The notes under the pieces are model-generated. The model did no database searches. It worked only from the letters and a program-made list of their open reading frames with translations, and was not told where the DNA came from. Shown here piece after piece: positions 39,960 to 50,179 of a stretch of 64,000 nucleotides of DNA; the stretch's first letter is position 1, and each line of letters starts with the position of its first letter. Source of the DNA: Halorutilales archaeon Cl-col2-1. Its GTDB lineage: Archaea > Halobacteriota > Halobacteria > Halobacteriales > Afararchaeaceae. Made by a program: the position numbers and the translations under genes. The stretch covers positions 1,152,001 to 1,216,000 of the forward strand of contig CP169074.1 of the NCBI GenBank assembly GCA_041891055.1, given 5' to 3'.

Positions 39960-40091
39960 GGTGTGTTATTCGGTCTCATATGCACGGCTTAACGCGTGTT
40001 TTTACTCTCATAGTAGTATAAATGTACTGATTTATACTTCGAGAAGAGAATGAAGAAGAGTGTACGAGTACGTCGCCGTGTCTTTGCTATC

Positions 40092-40484
40092 CTAGTACTC
40101 ACAGAGCTCTAAGAGGACTCCGTGGGTGTCCCCGGGATGGAGGAAAGCTACCTGTTTACCGCCAGCACCGGGACGCGGCTCGTCGTCTATGAGACGTATC
40201 CCGAGGTCTTCGAGACGTTCTAACTCGTCTTCTATCGAGTCGACCTTTACTGCGACGTGCTGTATTCCCTCGCCTCTCTTCTCTAAGTGTCGTGCGACCG
40301 CACCGTCGTCGTCGAGGGGTTCGAGTAGCTCGAACTCGCCCTCGCCGGCTTCGAGGAAGATGACACGCATGCCTCCGAACTCCTCCTCGTAGTCGAACTC
40401 CATGCCGATGACATCGCGGTAGGTCTTGAGTGCCTCGTCGGCGTCCTCGACCGCGATCCCTACGTGGTCGAACTCGACCGACAT
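40092..40484 (-). CDS. mce: Methylmalonyl-CoA epimerase
   Basis: DHVGIAV, ELLEP, FLHP...GVLLEL; follows the mutase gene. Confidence 0.92.
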   Translation of the reverse strand: MSVEFDHVGIAVEDADEALKTYRDVIGMEFDYEEEFGGMRVIFLEAGEGEFELLEPLDDDGAVARHLEKRGEGIQHVAVKVDSIEDELERLEDLGIRLIDDEPRPGAGGKQVAFLHPGDTHGVLLELCEY

Positions 40485-42163
40485 CAGTAATCAGCCCCCA
40501 CTCTGTACTCCCCGAATACGTCTCTGAGTGCGTCGGCTATCTCCCCGACCGTGGCGTACGCCTTAACCGCGTCTATTATGTAAGGCATCAGGTTGTCGTC
40601 TCCCTCGGCGGCGTCCTTGAGTGCTTCGAGTGCCTCGTCTACTGCGTCGTCGTCCCTGTCGTCGCGGAGCTCTTCAACCTTCTGTATCTGTCTCTCCTGC
40701 TGTTTCTCGTCGACTTCATGTATGTCTTCCTCGGGCTCCTCGTCGACTGTGAACTCGTTGACTCCGACGATTATACGTTCGTTCTCCTCTATCTCCTGCT
40801 GACGCTCGTAGGCGGCGTCCTGTATCTCGTCCTGTATCCAGCCTTCCTCTATGCACGAGAGGACACCTCCGCGTTCGTCTATCTCGTCGAAGTAGTCGTA
40901 GACGCGTTCCTCTATCTCGTCAGTGAGACTCTCCACGTAGTACGATCCCGCGAGGGGGTCTATCGTGTCGGCTACACCGCTCTCGTGTCCGAGTATCTGC
41001 TGTGTCCTCAGTGCGGTACGTACCGACTCCTCTGTCGGGAGCGAGAGAGCTTCGTCCTTTCCGTTCGTGTGTAGAGACTGCGTGCCTCCTAAGACTGCGG
41101 CGAGAGCCTGGTACCCGACACGGACGATGTTGTTCTCTATCTGCTGTGCCGTGAGTGTCGAACCCGCAGTCTGTGTGTGGAAACGCAGCATCTTGCTCTT
41201 CGGGTTCTCGGCTCCGAACTCCTCCTCCATGACATCAGCCCAGATACGTCTCGCCGCGCGGAACTTGGCGACCTCCTCGAATATCTCGTTGTGAGCGTTG
41301 AAGAAGAAAGAGAGACGCGGAGCGAACTCGTCGACGTCAAGTCCTGCCTCGACGGCTTCCTCGACGTACTTCTTACCGTCTGCGAGAGTGAAGGCGAGCT
41401 CCTGTACGGCGGTCGCGCCCGCCTCACGTATGTGGTATCCCGAGATAGATATAGTGTTGAAGTTGGGAACCTCGTCAGAACAGAACTCGAATATGTCGGT
41501 GACGATCCTCATCGAGGGCTCGGGGGGATAGACGTAGAGGTTACGTGCGATATACTCCTTGAGTATGTCGTTCTGTATAGTGCCTCTGAGCTCCTCGCGG
41601 TCGACCCCCTGTTTGTCCCCGACCGCGATGTACATAGCGAGCATTATCGACGCGGGGGCATTTATGGTCATGCTCGTCGAGACCTCGTCTAAGGGAATCC
41701 CGTCAAAGAGAGTCTCGAAGTCGGCGAGAGAGTCTATCGCGACTCCCGCCTTTCCGACCTCTCCCTGTGACAGGGGATGGTCGGAGTCACGTCCCATCTG
41801 GCTCGGGAGGTCGAAGGCGACCGAGAGACCCGTCTGACCCTGATCTAAGAGGTAATGGAACCTCTCGTTGGTCTCCTCGGCGGTAGCGAATCCCGAGTAC
41901 TGACGCATAGTCCAGAGACGTCCGCGGTGCATCGTCGAGTATATGCCGCGGGTGTAGGGCTCCTCACCCGGGAAGCCGAGATCCTCGTCGTAGTCGAGAT
42001 CCGAGACATCGTCGGGGGTGTATAGCTGGTCGACCTCTATTCCCGAGTCGGTCGTGAACTCGTCCTCACGCTCCCCGAACCTGTCGAGCGTGGGACCCAA
42101 TGTCTCTTCCTCCCACTCCTGTCTAGACTCTCTTATTTCCTCTAGATCATCCTCGTCGAACAT
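40484..42163 (-). CDS. Methylmalonyl-CoA mutase, substrate-binding subunit
   Basis: [38 protein letters not shown]; no B12-binding domain. Confidence 0.95.
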   Translation of the reverse strand: MFDEDDLEEIRESRQEWEEETLGPTLDRFGEREDEFTTDSGIEVDQLYTPDDVSDLDYDEDLGFPGEEPYTRGIYSTMHRGRLWTMRQYSGFATAEETNERFHYLLDQGQTGLSVAFDLPSQMGRDSDHPLSQGEVGKAGVAIDSLADFETLFDGIPLDEVSTSMTINAPASIMLAMYIAVGDKQGVDREELRGTIQNDILKEYIARNLYVYPPEPSMRIVTDIFEFCSDEVPNFNTISISGYHIREAGATAVQELAFTLADGKKYVEEAVEAGLDVDEFAPRLSFFFNAHNEIFEEVAKFRAARRIWADVMEEEFGAENPKSKMLRFHTQTAGSTLTAQQIENNIVRVGYQALAAVLGGTQSLHTNGKDEALSLPTEESVRTALRTQQILGHESGVADTIDPLAGSYYVESLTDEIEERVYDYFDEIDERGGVLSCIEEGWIQDEIQDAAYERQQEIEENERIIVGVNEFTVDEEPEEDIHEVDEKQQERQIQKVEELRDDRDDDAVDEALEALKDAAEGDDNLMPYIIDAVKAYATVGEIADALRDVFGEYRVGADY

Positions 42164-42207
42164 CTTACCCGACCTAACACTCGAACCGTCTAATGTCTTT
42201 TCTTTGA

Positions 42208-42891
42208 TTATTCAACTTCGACTGCGACCTCATTTTCGACGAGGACGTCGGCGTTAGGCTCGGGGAGTACGACTACGTCTTCCTCCGAGAGGGAGTAGGA
42301 TCTGCCGTCAGTTGCAACGAACTCGGGGAGGTCGTCGAGGAGACGGACAGTCTTGTAGTCGTCATGGTCAGTCTCGAGATCGGCTTCGGAAACAGAGTCG
42401 TCGGTGTGTTGCGTCAGTTCATCGGTCTGAGACGTCTCGGTCTCAGCCTCGTGTTCGGGTTGATACCTGTTATCTCCGTCACGGTCAACGTCTTCTTCGT
42501 CTTCGACATCGAGAGGCGGGCCCTCTTCGAGACGTTCGACGACCTTCGAGTGGTTGTCACGTATGAGACCGACTATAGAGTCGTAGAGCTCACGCTCCTC
42601 GTCGGTCATTCCCGACTCATCGACCGACGTGCCGTTCGCCGACAGAGATGCAAGCTTGACTATCTTTCCGACACGTCTCCTGTATATCGACTCGACAACC
42701 TGACGCGAGGTCTGTACGGCGTCGTTGATCTTCTGAGCCTCGTCGGAGTAAGGGCTGTCGAGACTGTCACGCTCCTCCCTGAGACCATCGATGTACTCTG
42801 CGGCGTCGGAGTAGAACGAGTCGTGGAGGTCACGTAACGAGTCGGTTTCCCTCTCCTTCGACTGTGTGTGTCTGAGGTCGTTGAGATCCAT
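42208..42891 (-). CDS. GINS complex subunit (Gins51-type)
   Basis: [12 protein letters not shown], acidic linker, B-domain; directly downstream of priS. Confidence 0.85.
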   Translation of the reverse strand: MDLNDLRHTQSKERETDSLRDLHDSFYSDAAEYIDGLREERDSLDSPYSDEAQKINDAVQTSRQVVESIYRRRVGKIVKLASLSANGTSVDESGMTDEERELYDSIVGLIRDNHSKVVERLEEGPPLDVEDEEDVDRDGDNRYQPEHEAETETSQTDELTQHTDDSVSEADLETDHDDYKTVRLLDDLPEFVATDGRSYSLSEEDVVVLPEPNADVLVENEVAVEVE

Positions 42892-42908
42892 GGTTATGTC
42901 ATGCTATA

Positions 42909-44060
42909 CTACGCGAGTTCTACGTCCCTGCGAAGTACCGCGAAGACTCCAGCGTACTCTGGGACTTTACTGACTCCCTCTTCTATATTAAAGCTTCTTC
43001 CTCCGACCTCGACGGTCGTCGGCTCGGAAGCCTCGACCTGTATCTGGCTGTCGCTGAAGACTACGGCGTCGGTGAGGGGATCGAAAGACTCTATCTCGTC
43101 GACTGGGACGCGTGTGACCCTGAGACCCGTGCCTCCGTGGAGCGACCCCGGGAGACGTATCAGACGTTTGGTGTCGGTCGTGACGGGCTCGTCAGCCTCG
43201 GCACGTCTCTCGGAGACCGCCTCACGCATCAGTTTCTCCCAGAAGCCCTGTGTTCCGCCGACTACATCGAGGTTACCCCGCGCCAGTTCCTCCCTTCTGT
43301 CGGGATCTCTGAAGACCGAGAGTAGCTTCTCCGCCTTCTTCTGTCCCACACCCTCGAACTCACGGAGACGTTCGACGGCAGTACCGTCCTCGGTCTCGGC
43401 GACTTCGTCGGCGAAGTCGAGGACGTAGTCACGTATACGTCTTCCCCATCCTCCCGACTCAAGCTTCTTGACCCCTGTGGGCGTCCTCCCGAAGTCGCCC
43501 GCCGCAGTCTCGTCGGAGAAGGCGAGTTCGGGGTCGAATCCCATCCCCTGTACATAGTCGACTATCTCGCGCCTCGCCTCGCTTCCGAGTCTCTGAACCT
43601 CGTCGTCGTAGACGTGGACGTGGTAGCCACGCCCTCCCGAGAAGACCGTCTCGACGTCGTCGAAGCCGAAGTCGTCTACTAGGAAGTCTACGAGTCTCAC
43701 GAGTGCCGTCTTACAGTTCGAGAGCATCTCGGAGTACGAGTCGTCGGGCGATGTCTCACGTAGATGGTCGGCGTCGAGGTCGAAGACTAACTGGGCTCCC
43801 TTCCATCCCTTCGCGTTCATCGACGACGCCTCGGGACTCTCGTACCTCGCGCTCGAGAAGTAGACGTGTCGAGGCTTCTGGTCGGCGAGCCACGTCTCGA
43901 GGTCACCCAGGTCGAGGAGAGACCTGTGTCTCACCATGCCTCCCGAGAAGGGTATGAATGCCCACTCACGGTCGTCGGGGCTACGTGGAAGATCGATAGA
44001 CGCACGACGGTAGTAGTCGCCGAAACGTCCCCTCACGTACGACTGGGTGCGGTCGTTCAT
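42909..44060 (-). CDS. priS: DNA primase small subunit
   Basis: FDLDAD, FSGGRGYH, RLIRLPGSLHG. Confidence 0.96.
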   Translation of the reverse strand: MNDRTQSYVRGRFGDYYRRASIDLPRSPDDREWAFIPFSGGMVRHRSLLDLGDLETWLADQKPRHVYFSSARYESPEASSMNAKGWKGAQLVFDLDADHLRETSPDDSYSEMLSNCKTALVRLVDFLVDDFGFDDVETVFSGGRGYHVHVYDDEVQRLGSEARREIVDYVQGMGFDPELAFSDETAAGDFGRTPTGVKKLESGGWGRRIRDYVLDFADEVAETEDGTAVERLREFEGVGQKKAEKLLSVFRDPDRREELARGNLDVVGGTQGFWEKLMREAVSERRAEADEPVTTDTKRLIRLPGSLHGGTGLRVTRVPVDEIESFDPLTDAVVFSDSQIQVEASEPTTVEVGGRSFNIEEGVSKVPEYAGVFAVLRRDVELA

Positions 44061-44065
44061 GGCTA

Positions 44066-45673
44066 TTACTCGAAGTCCTTCACCATGTAAGGACCGTCCT
44101 TCTCGTAGTCGAGAGACCTGTAGTACTCGCGTACGCCTATTCCGCTTATGACCGAGAGACGTGAGTAGCCCGCCTCGCGCGACATCTCCTCCGCCCTCTC
44201 GACCAAGTCGGTTCCGAGACCCGAGTGCTGGAATCCGTCGCCCTGTCTTCCGACGCCGACCTCGTCTCCGTAGACGTGTACCTCCCTGACTATCGCGGAG
44301 TCTTCGAGTTCGGAACGGACTGTCTGTCCGGGGAAACGCAGACGCAGGAATCCCGCTAAGAGTCCCGACTCCGACTTGTACTGGAGGAACTTCTCGTCGC
44401 CTCCCGCACAGCCGTACTCGGTCATGTCGAAGCCGAAGTCGAGGTCGTCGGGAGTCTCGTCGTTCATCCCGACCTCTCTACATCTTATGCAGTCACAGTC
44501 GCCTCCGATCTCTTCGAGACGGTGGCGCGCTAACTGGCGGAGGTTGGACTTCCAGACGCCCGCCTCTATGTTGTCGGCGGGTATGTCTCTCTGTACGCGT
44601 GAGAGACGCGTGTACTCGGGAATCATCCTCTTCGCTCGGGCGACTACGTCCGCCGCCTCCTCGTTTCCGAGAGGCTCGAACTCGTCCTGCTGCCACATCT
44701 TGTAGAGACCCGTGTCCTCGACGACGAGAGTGGGGTATATCTTGAGGTAGTCGGGGCGGTACTCGGGGTTGTCGAATATCTCGCGGAAGTCTTCTATGTC
44801 GTCCTCGGGGTCACGTCCCGGGAGCCCGGGCATCATGTGGAAGCCGACCTTGAAGCCGGCGTCGTGTAGACGTCTGTTCGCCTCGCGCGTCTCGGCGTCG
44901 TCGTGCCCCCTGTGTGTGAGACGCAGTGTCTCGTCGTCTGTGGTCTGGACTCCCATCTCGACTTTTGTCCCTCCGAGACGTAACATGTGGTCGATCTGTT
45001 CCTTGCCGCACCAGTCGGGTTTTGTCTCGAAGGTCGTGCCTATGTTACGTACGTCGGCGGTCTCGTTTCTCGTCTCGACCTCCTCGAAAGGCTTCCAGTC
45101 GTTGTCCTCGCCCTCCGATGTGCCGAAGGTATTCATGGCTTCGAGACATCTTCTCACGAACCACTCCTGGTAGTCAAGTGACCGCGACGTGAGAGTCCCG
45201 CCCATAAGTATGAGTTCGACCTTGTCGACGAGATGTCCCGTCTCCCTCAGGTCGCTCAGACGTTGTGTGACCTGGTCGTAGGGATCGTAGTCGTTGTGTT
45301 TGCCCCTCATCGCCGCGGGCTCCTCCCCCGTGTACGACATAGGCGACTCGAACTCCGAGTCTGGTCCTCCGGGGCAGTAGACACATTTCCCGTGAGGGCA
45401 CGGAGCCGGCGAGGTCATCACCGCCACGGGTGTGACACCGCTCGCAGTCCTCACAGGGGTCGTCTGGAGAACAGACTCGGCTTCGTCGCGTTCTTCGTCG
45501 GGGACTGCTTCGAGTATGTCGGAGTTCTTCGGAACCTTCTCTGCACCGTGTTTTCCGCAGACGGAGTTCTTGACGGATTCGAGCTCGTCACGGTCGACCT
45601 CCCCCGAGACTACGAGGTCGGCGAGCTCTCTCTTGACCCTCTCGAAGGCGTCGGAGTCAGCGTCGGTACTCAT
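44066..45673 (-). CDS. elp3: Elp3 radical SAM/GNAT tRNA U34 carboxymethyltransferase
   Basis: CPHGKCVYCPGG, KIYPTLV, REVHVYG, QHSGLG. Confidence 0.96.
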   Translation of the reverse strand: MSTDADSDAFERVKRELADLVVSGEVDRDELESVKNSVCGKHGAEKVPKNSDILEAVPDEERDEAESVLQTTPVRTASGVTPVAVMTSPAPCPHGKCVYCPGGPDSEFESPMSYTGEEPAAMRGKHNDYDPYDQVTQRLSDLRETGHLVDKVELILMGGTLTSRSLDYQEWFVRRCLEAMNTFGTSEGEDNDWKPFEEVETRNETADVRNIGTTFETKPDWCGKEQIDHMLRLGGTKVEMGVQTTDDETLRLTHRGHDDAETREANRRLHDAGFKVGFHMMPGLPGRDPEDDIEDFREIFDNPEYRPDYLKIYPTLVVEDTGLYKMWQQDEFEPLGNEEAADVVARAKRMIPEYTRLSRVQRDIPADNIEAGVWKSNLRQLARHRLEEIGGDCDCIRCREVGMNDETPDDLDFGFDMTEYGCAGGDEKFLQYKSESGLLAGFLRLRFPGQTVRSELEDSAIVREVHVYGDEVGVGRQGDGFQHSGLGTDLVERAEEMSREAGYSRLSVISGIGVREYYRSLDYEKDGPYMVKDFE

Positions 45674-45950
45674 TTGTAGTAGGTTGTCCCTCGACGGGAT
45701 TATACTTGGTGGTTGGGTCAGTGTGCTGGATTATACTTCTCCAGAGGTGTTGGAGATACGCACAATAGCCTTATACTGTTGGACAGTAACAAGAGTCGAT
45801 ATCGGAGGGGCGGGATGGCGTGGTACAGATCCTGGACGTCGGTGAACGTTTCCCCGAGAGTGGTTCCGACGAAGTCTCTGGAGGGAGACGAGTCAGACTT
45901 TCGCCGTCGTTAGATACCTATGTCCTGACCGAAGGATTTGGGTACTGAGA

Positions 45951-46526
45951 GTGTCGAATACAGGAAACAGAAGAATGTTTGATCCCTACGATCCGACCGA
46001 TGAGTTTACTAGCGACGGTGGTGATGACAGAATAACTGAAGTCACCGTCGATGTCGACGGAGTAGTAGTAGCGAACATGGACGAGTTCAAGATGTCGACT
46101 GAGCCGGATTCAGACGTCGACTACGAAGACCCACATTCGTACACCCATCTTGGCACTCGGAGAAAGATCAAACTCGGAAGAGGAGACAGAGAAGACCTCA
46201 GCAGAATCATCGATGACTTCCCTACTGACGAGCCACTCGTCGTCCAGTCAGCCCTATGGATGCACGCAATAGCTGGCGTCCATTTCTTCCCCGACGCGAA
46301 CCACCGTACAGCGATGAAGACATTGAGAGCTATGATGGACGATAATGGAACTGAGCCGTTCAAGCCGTTCGGTGATTTTGAGAGGAGGACTTACACTGCC
46401 CTTGATGCGTCAAAGAAAGTCCGTAGAAACCTGAATATCGATATGGGTAACTACTATGAAAAAGACGACTTGTACGAGGTATGGCGTCGTTACTTTGACG
46501 ACGTGTTATATCCGTCAGGAAGATAA
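45951..46526 (+). CDS. Fic/Doc-family protein
   Basis: HFFPDANHRTA Fic motif; start may be ATG 45975. Confidence 0.88.
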   Translation: MSNTGNRRMFDPYDPTDEFTSDGGDDRITEVTVDVDGVVVANMDEFKMSTEPDSDVDYEDPHSYTHLGTRRKIKLGRGDREDLSRIIDDFPTDEPLVVQSALWMHAIAGVHFFPDANHRTAMKTLRAMMDDNGTEPFKPFGDFERRTYTALDASKKVRRNLNIDMGNYYEKDDLYEVWRRYFDDVLYPSGR

Positions 46527-46654
46527 TCGTACTCGTCGTGATCTAACTCCTCGTCTGTATTACCCGCAAGTGCCTGATAGAGTTCGGCATTCTCCTCCCT
46601 GTCTCGCCTCATTTTCTCTATGAAGGACTCGTCTTCCTGATTAACTGTACTCAT
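46490..46654 (-). CDS. 54-aa acidic ORF convergent with Fic/Doc gene; candidate antitoxin (not in ORF track)
   Basis: Hand translation MSTVNQEDESFIEKMRRDREENAELYQALAGNTDEELDHDEYDYLPDGYNTSSK; TATA-like CTTATA upstream on minus strand. Confidence 0.6.
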   Translation of the reverse strand: MSTVNQEDESFIEKMRRDREENAELYQALAGNTDEELDHDEYDYLPDGYNTSSK

Positions 46655-46701
46655 CTTAGAGGACTATACGAGTAGGTCATGTATAAGTCCTGTGTCGAAA
46701 G

Positions 46702-46941
46702 ATGAAACGCTCTCTCTACAGCTGGACTTTCCGTAAGCTCCGGTCTATGATTGAGTACAAGGCTGAGGAAGAGGGGATTCCTACCGAAGATGTCGAGCCC
46801 AGTCTAACATCTCAGACATGTAATGAATGTGGCAGTCATGACACACGGCGAGACGGCATACATTTCGCGTGTCACGACTGCGGATACAGTGTCAACGCGG
46901 ATGTGAATGGGGCTTTCAACATAGCCCTCAGAAAGTCTTAA
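46702..46941 (+). pseudogene. C-terminal TnpB fragment (zinc ribbon and RuvC-III)
   Basis: IEYKAEEEGI, TSQTCNECG, CHDCG...NADVNGAFNI; no N-terminal domains. Confidence 0.8.
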
Positions 46942-46982
46942 TGGAAGAGTTAAGTGGCACCGAAGCGCAGTAAGAAGAAAGA

Positions 46983-47837
46983 ATGAGAAGAGGCGAGGCA
47001 GAGGCACCCGGCGCTGCGACGGTTATAAATGCGATAGCTACTCTCAAGGGTAGTGCCTTCGCCGTCGACCTCTACACGTCGGCGGAAGTCGTAGTCGGCG
47101 GAGACGGAGGTGTCACGGGGGAGATAGAAGACAAACCTGACGCCGATACGTCCCTGATAGAGAGATGCGCCGAACTCGTGCTCGAACGGTTCGACGTCGA
47201 CGACGGAGCACACGTCACGACTTCGAGCGATGTGCCTATGGCGAGCGGTCTCAAGTCGAGTAGCGCGGCGGCGAACGCGACAGTCTTAGCGACACTCGAC
47301 GCCATCGGAGAGTCGGAGGGATTCGACAGGAGGGAGGCGACACGTATAGGGGTCGAGGCGGCGAGGGACGCCGGAGTCACGATCACAGGGGCGATAGACG
47401 ACGCCGCCGCCTCTATGCTCGGAGGAGTCGTCCTCACTGACAACTCAGAGGACGAGATAATCAGGCGTGAGGAGGCAAACTGGGACGTCGCAGTCTATGT
47501 CCCCGACGAGACCGCGAAGAGTGCCGACACAGACGTCGAGAGGTCACGTCTCGTGGGGTCGGTCGTCGACAGAGCTTTCGAGGTAGCGAGGGACGGAGAG
47601 TACGCCGATGCGATGACGATAAACGGACTCGCCTACTCGGCGGCTCTCGGATTCGATCCTTCGGTTGCTGTCGACGCCCTCGAACACGTCGACGGCGCGG
47701 GTCTGAGCGGCACAGGTCCATCGTACGCTGCGATAGGAGACAGACAAGACATAAAGGAGGTAGTTAAAGAGTGGGAGAAACACCCGGGAACGGTTCTGGA
47801 AGTCGAGACCGACAACGACGGAGCGAGGGTAGTCTAG
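46983..47837 (+). CDS. aroK: Archaeal (GHMP-type) shikimate kinase
   Basis: PMASGLKSSSA, TGAIDDA, GLSGTGPS. Confidence 0.95.
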   Translation: MRRGEAEAPGAATVINAIATLKGSAFAVDLYTSAEVVVGGDGGVTGEIEDKPDADTSLIERCAELVLERFDVDDGAHVTTSSDVPMASGLKSSSAAANATVLATLDAIGESEGFDRREATRIGVEAARDAGVTITGAIDDAAASMLGGVVLTDNSEDEIIRREEANWDVAVYVPDETAKSADTDVERSRLVGSVVDRAFEVARDGEYADAMTINGLAYSAALGFDPSVAVDALEHVDGAGLSGTGPSYAAIGDRQDIKEVVKEWEKHPGTVLEVETDNDGARVV

Positions 47838-48118
47838 ACCTCGACAGTCTCCGTGAGGAGATAGAGGCAGTCGACGAGGAGATAGTCGAGACTGTAGCGC
47901 GCAGAACCTACATCGCCGAGAGCATTGCCGAGGTCAAGATGCAGGAGGGGAGGGAGATAAACGACCCCGAGCGTGAGGAGGTCGTCTACGACAGGGTCGC
48001 CGAGAAGGCGGAGGCACTCGGAATCGACCCCGAGAGGACGTGTGAGATATTCGAGATCCTCATAGAGATGAGCAAGGAGAAACAGAGAAGTCACGCCGAC
48101 ACAGAGGCGTCGGAGTAG
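47771..48118 (+). CDS. Chorismate mutase (AroQ); start uncertain
   Basis: LDSLREEIEAVDEEIV...ARR...DPEREEVV. Confidence 0.88.
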   Translation: MGETPGNGSGSRDRQRRSEGSLDLDSLREEIEAVDEEIVETVARRTYIAESIAEVKMQEGREINDPEREEVVYDRVAEKAEALGIDPERTCEIFEILIEMSKEKQRSHADTEASE

Positions 48119-48149
48119 ACGACGAAGGAAAAGACAGGACACAGACTGC

Positions 48150-49184
48150 ATGGCAAGACAGACACGTCTGCGTTTTCTGGTCGGCTTCGGTGTCGCCGCA
48201 GTAATAATTTTCCTCTTCGTCTACGCGATAGGCTGGGACGAGGTAGTCTCAACCCTCTCGAAGACCGACCTGGGTGTGTTCTCGCTCGGCTTGGTCTCGT
48301 CATTCGTCTGTCTCGTGGCGTGGAGTGCGGTCTGGAACCGCGTCCTCTCTGTCATAGACCACGCCCTGTCCCGCGGACGTATCACTCTAATCTTCCTGAG
48401 TGCGATGTTCGCCAACTACGTCACTCCGCTCGGACAGGTCGGCGGCGAGCCCTTCATCGCCTACGTCCTCTCGAAGTCGTCCGACATAGACTACGAGCAC
48501 AGCTTAGCCGCGGTCATGACATCTGACTTCCTCAACCTGATTCCCTTCTTCTCGTACGCAGTCGTCGGCTTCTCCTACTTCGTCACGAGGAGATCGTTCA
48601 ACTCCGACGTCCGGAACTACGCCGCGGTCTTCGTCGTAGTAGCCGCCGTCGCCGTCTCCGCCGCCCTCTTCATATGGCACAGACGCGACTTAGTCGAGTC
48701 GTTTGTTCTGAGAGTCGCAGGATTTCTGCGTAAGACTGTCGGGAAACTGTCGTCGAACCTCCGAACCGCTCTCAGAGAAGAGGACGTAAAGGAGCGGATA
48801 GACGGCTTCTTCGAGACACTCGACCTCTTCTCTGAGAACAGACGTGAGATGGCGACCGCAGTCGTCTTCTCGCACATAGGCTGGTTCTTCTTCATACTCC
48901 CTCTCTACACGAGCTTTCTGTCGCTCGGCTACGATGTACCTCTCGGGACGACTCTCCTCATAATACCGGTGAGCGGACTCGCGGGCTTCATTCCACTCCC
49001 CGGTGGACTCGGGGGTGTCGAGATTGCGATCGCCGTCACGATATTCAGCCTCACGGGTCTCAGCCTACCCGCGGCATCGGCGGCGGCACTACTCTACCGC
49101 CTGTGTGTCTACTGGTTTACCATACTCGTGGGAGGCATAAGCTCGATGTACCTAAGCGTCGACCTGCGTAGGATAGAGACTTAG
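48150..49184 (+). CDS. Lysylphosphatidylglycerol synthase TM-domain (flippase-like) protein
   Basis: TPLGQVGGEP, PGGLGGVE, LYR. Confidence 0.88.
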   Translation: MARQTRLRFLVGFGVAAVIIFLFVYAIGWDEVVSTLSKTDLGVFSLGLVSSFVCLVAWSAVWNRVLSVIDHALSRGRITLIFLSAMFANYVTPLGQVGGEPFIAYVLSKSSDIDYEHSLAAVMTSDFLNLIPFFSYAVVGFSYFVTRRSFNSDVRNYAAVFVVVAAVAVSAALFIWHRRDLVESFVLRVAGFLRKTVGKLSSNLRTALREEDVKERIDGFFETLDLFSENRREMATAVVFSHIGWFFFILPLYTSFLSLGYDVPLGTTLLIIPVSGLAGFIPLPGGLGGVEIAIAVTIFSLTGLSLPAASAAALLYRLCVYWFTILVGGISSMYLSVDLRRIET

Positions 49185-49185
49185 C

Positions 49186-50175
49186 TCAGAGTAGGGAGTC
49201 GTAGACATCTATCAGACTCTCACCCACGTTTTCGAGCGAGTGCTTCTCGGCTTCGCGTCTCGCGTTCTTCCCCATCCCGTTCCTGAGTTCGTCGTCTCTC
49301 ATGCGTTCTATCGCCTCCTCGTACTCGTCTATATTCTCGCCCTTGAAGCAGTTCTCGCCGTCGGTTAGGAACTCGTCGAATACGGGGAGGTCGCTCACGA
49401 CTACGCCCTTCTCACACGCCATGGCTTCTAAGACTGCGATTCCCTGGTTCTCCTCCTTAGTCGGGAAGAGGAAGACGTCGCCCGCTCCGAAGCCGCCGCG
49501 TATGTCCTCGATAAATCCGGTGAACTCGACGTTATCGGGTGGGTTCTCTATCCATCTCTTAGTCTGCTTCGAGCCGAGTGGGTTGTCCATTACGGGACCG
49601 AACCAGATGAAGTCTGTCTCGGGCATACGTTGTGCGAGCTTACAGAAGGTCGAGAGCCCCTTCCTCTCGAAGACGTGTCCGACTGCGAATACGACTGTTC
49701 CGTCGAGGTCGTACTTCTCACGGTACTCTTCCCTGAGTTCCTCGTGTCCCTCAAGCGACTCGATGTCGACGCCGTTAGAGACCGCCCGTACAGGAGGCTC
49801 AATGCCGTAGCCTTCTACGACACCTTTCGTGTAGTCGCTCGGGACGATCACTGCGTCAGCCCGGGAGTAGAAGAAGCTGAGATAACGTCGGAGAGCGGGA
49901 GCGAGTAAGTTACTCCCACGGAAAGAGTCACGGAAGTCCTTCGCGGTCGTGTGGGCGTGGACGACAGCCGGCTTTCCGTTCGTCTGTGCCTTCTTGAGAT
50001 GGTAGAGGCTCTTTGGACCCACCGTATTGATATCGATCACGTCGTAGTCGTCGGAGGGGTCGTCGGTGACCTCGATACAGTTCTTCCTAAGAGCCTTCCT
50101 CTGTTGACGAGCCGAGGTTCCTATGCCGCTCTTAGAGACCTGGGACTCCCACTCGACGTAGACACATACCTTCAT
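49186..50175 (-). CDS. GT4 glycosyltransferase
   Basis: SNGVD, ENQGIAVLEAMAC; start ATG 50175. Confidence 0.92.
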   Translation of the reverse strand: MKVCVYVEWESQVSKSGIGTSARQQRKALRKNCIEVTDDPSDDYDVIDINTVGPKSLYHLKKAQTNGKPAVVHAHTTAKDFRDSFRGSNLLAPALRRYLSFFYSRADAVIVPSDYTKGVVEGYGIEPPVRAVSNGVDIESLEGHEELREEYREKYDLDGTVVFAVGHVFERKGLSTFCKLAQRMPETDFIWFGPVMDNPLGSKQTKRWIENPPDNVEFTGFIEDIRGGFGAGDVFLFPTKEENQGIAVLEAMACEKGVVVSDLPVFDEFLTDGENCFKGENIDEYEEAIERMRDDELRNGMGKNARREAEKHSLENVGESLIDVYDSLL

Positions 50176-50179
50176 TCTA

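Noticed and set aside
45697-45777. Three TTATACT copies (GGATTATACTT twice) between elp3 and the Fic gene
   Set aside because: Too short and irregularly spaced for an array; consistent with TATA-like promoter elements.
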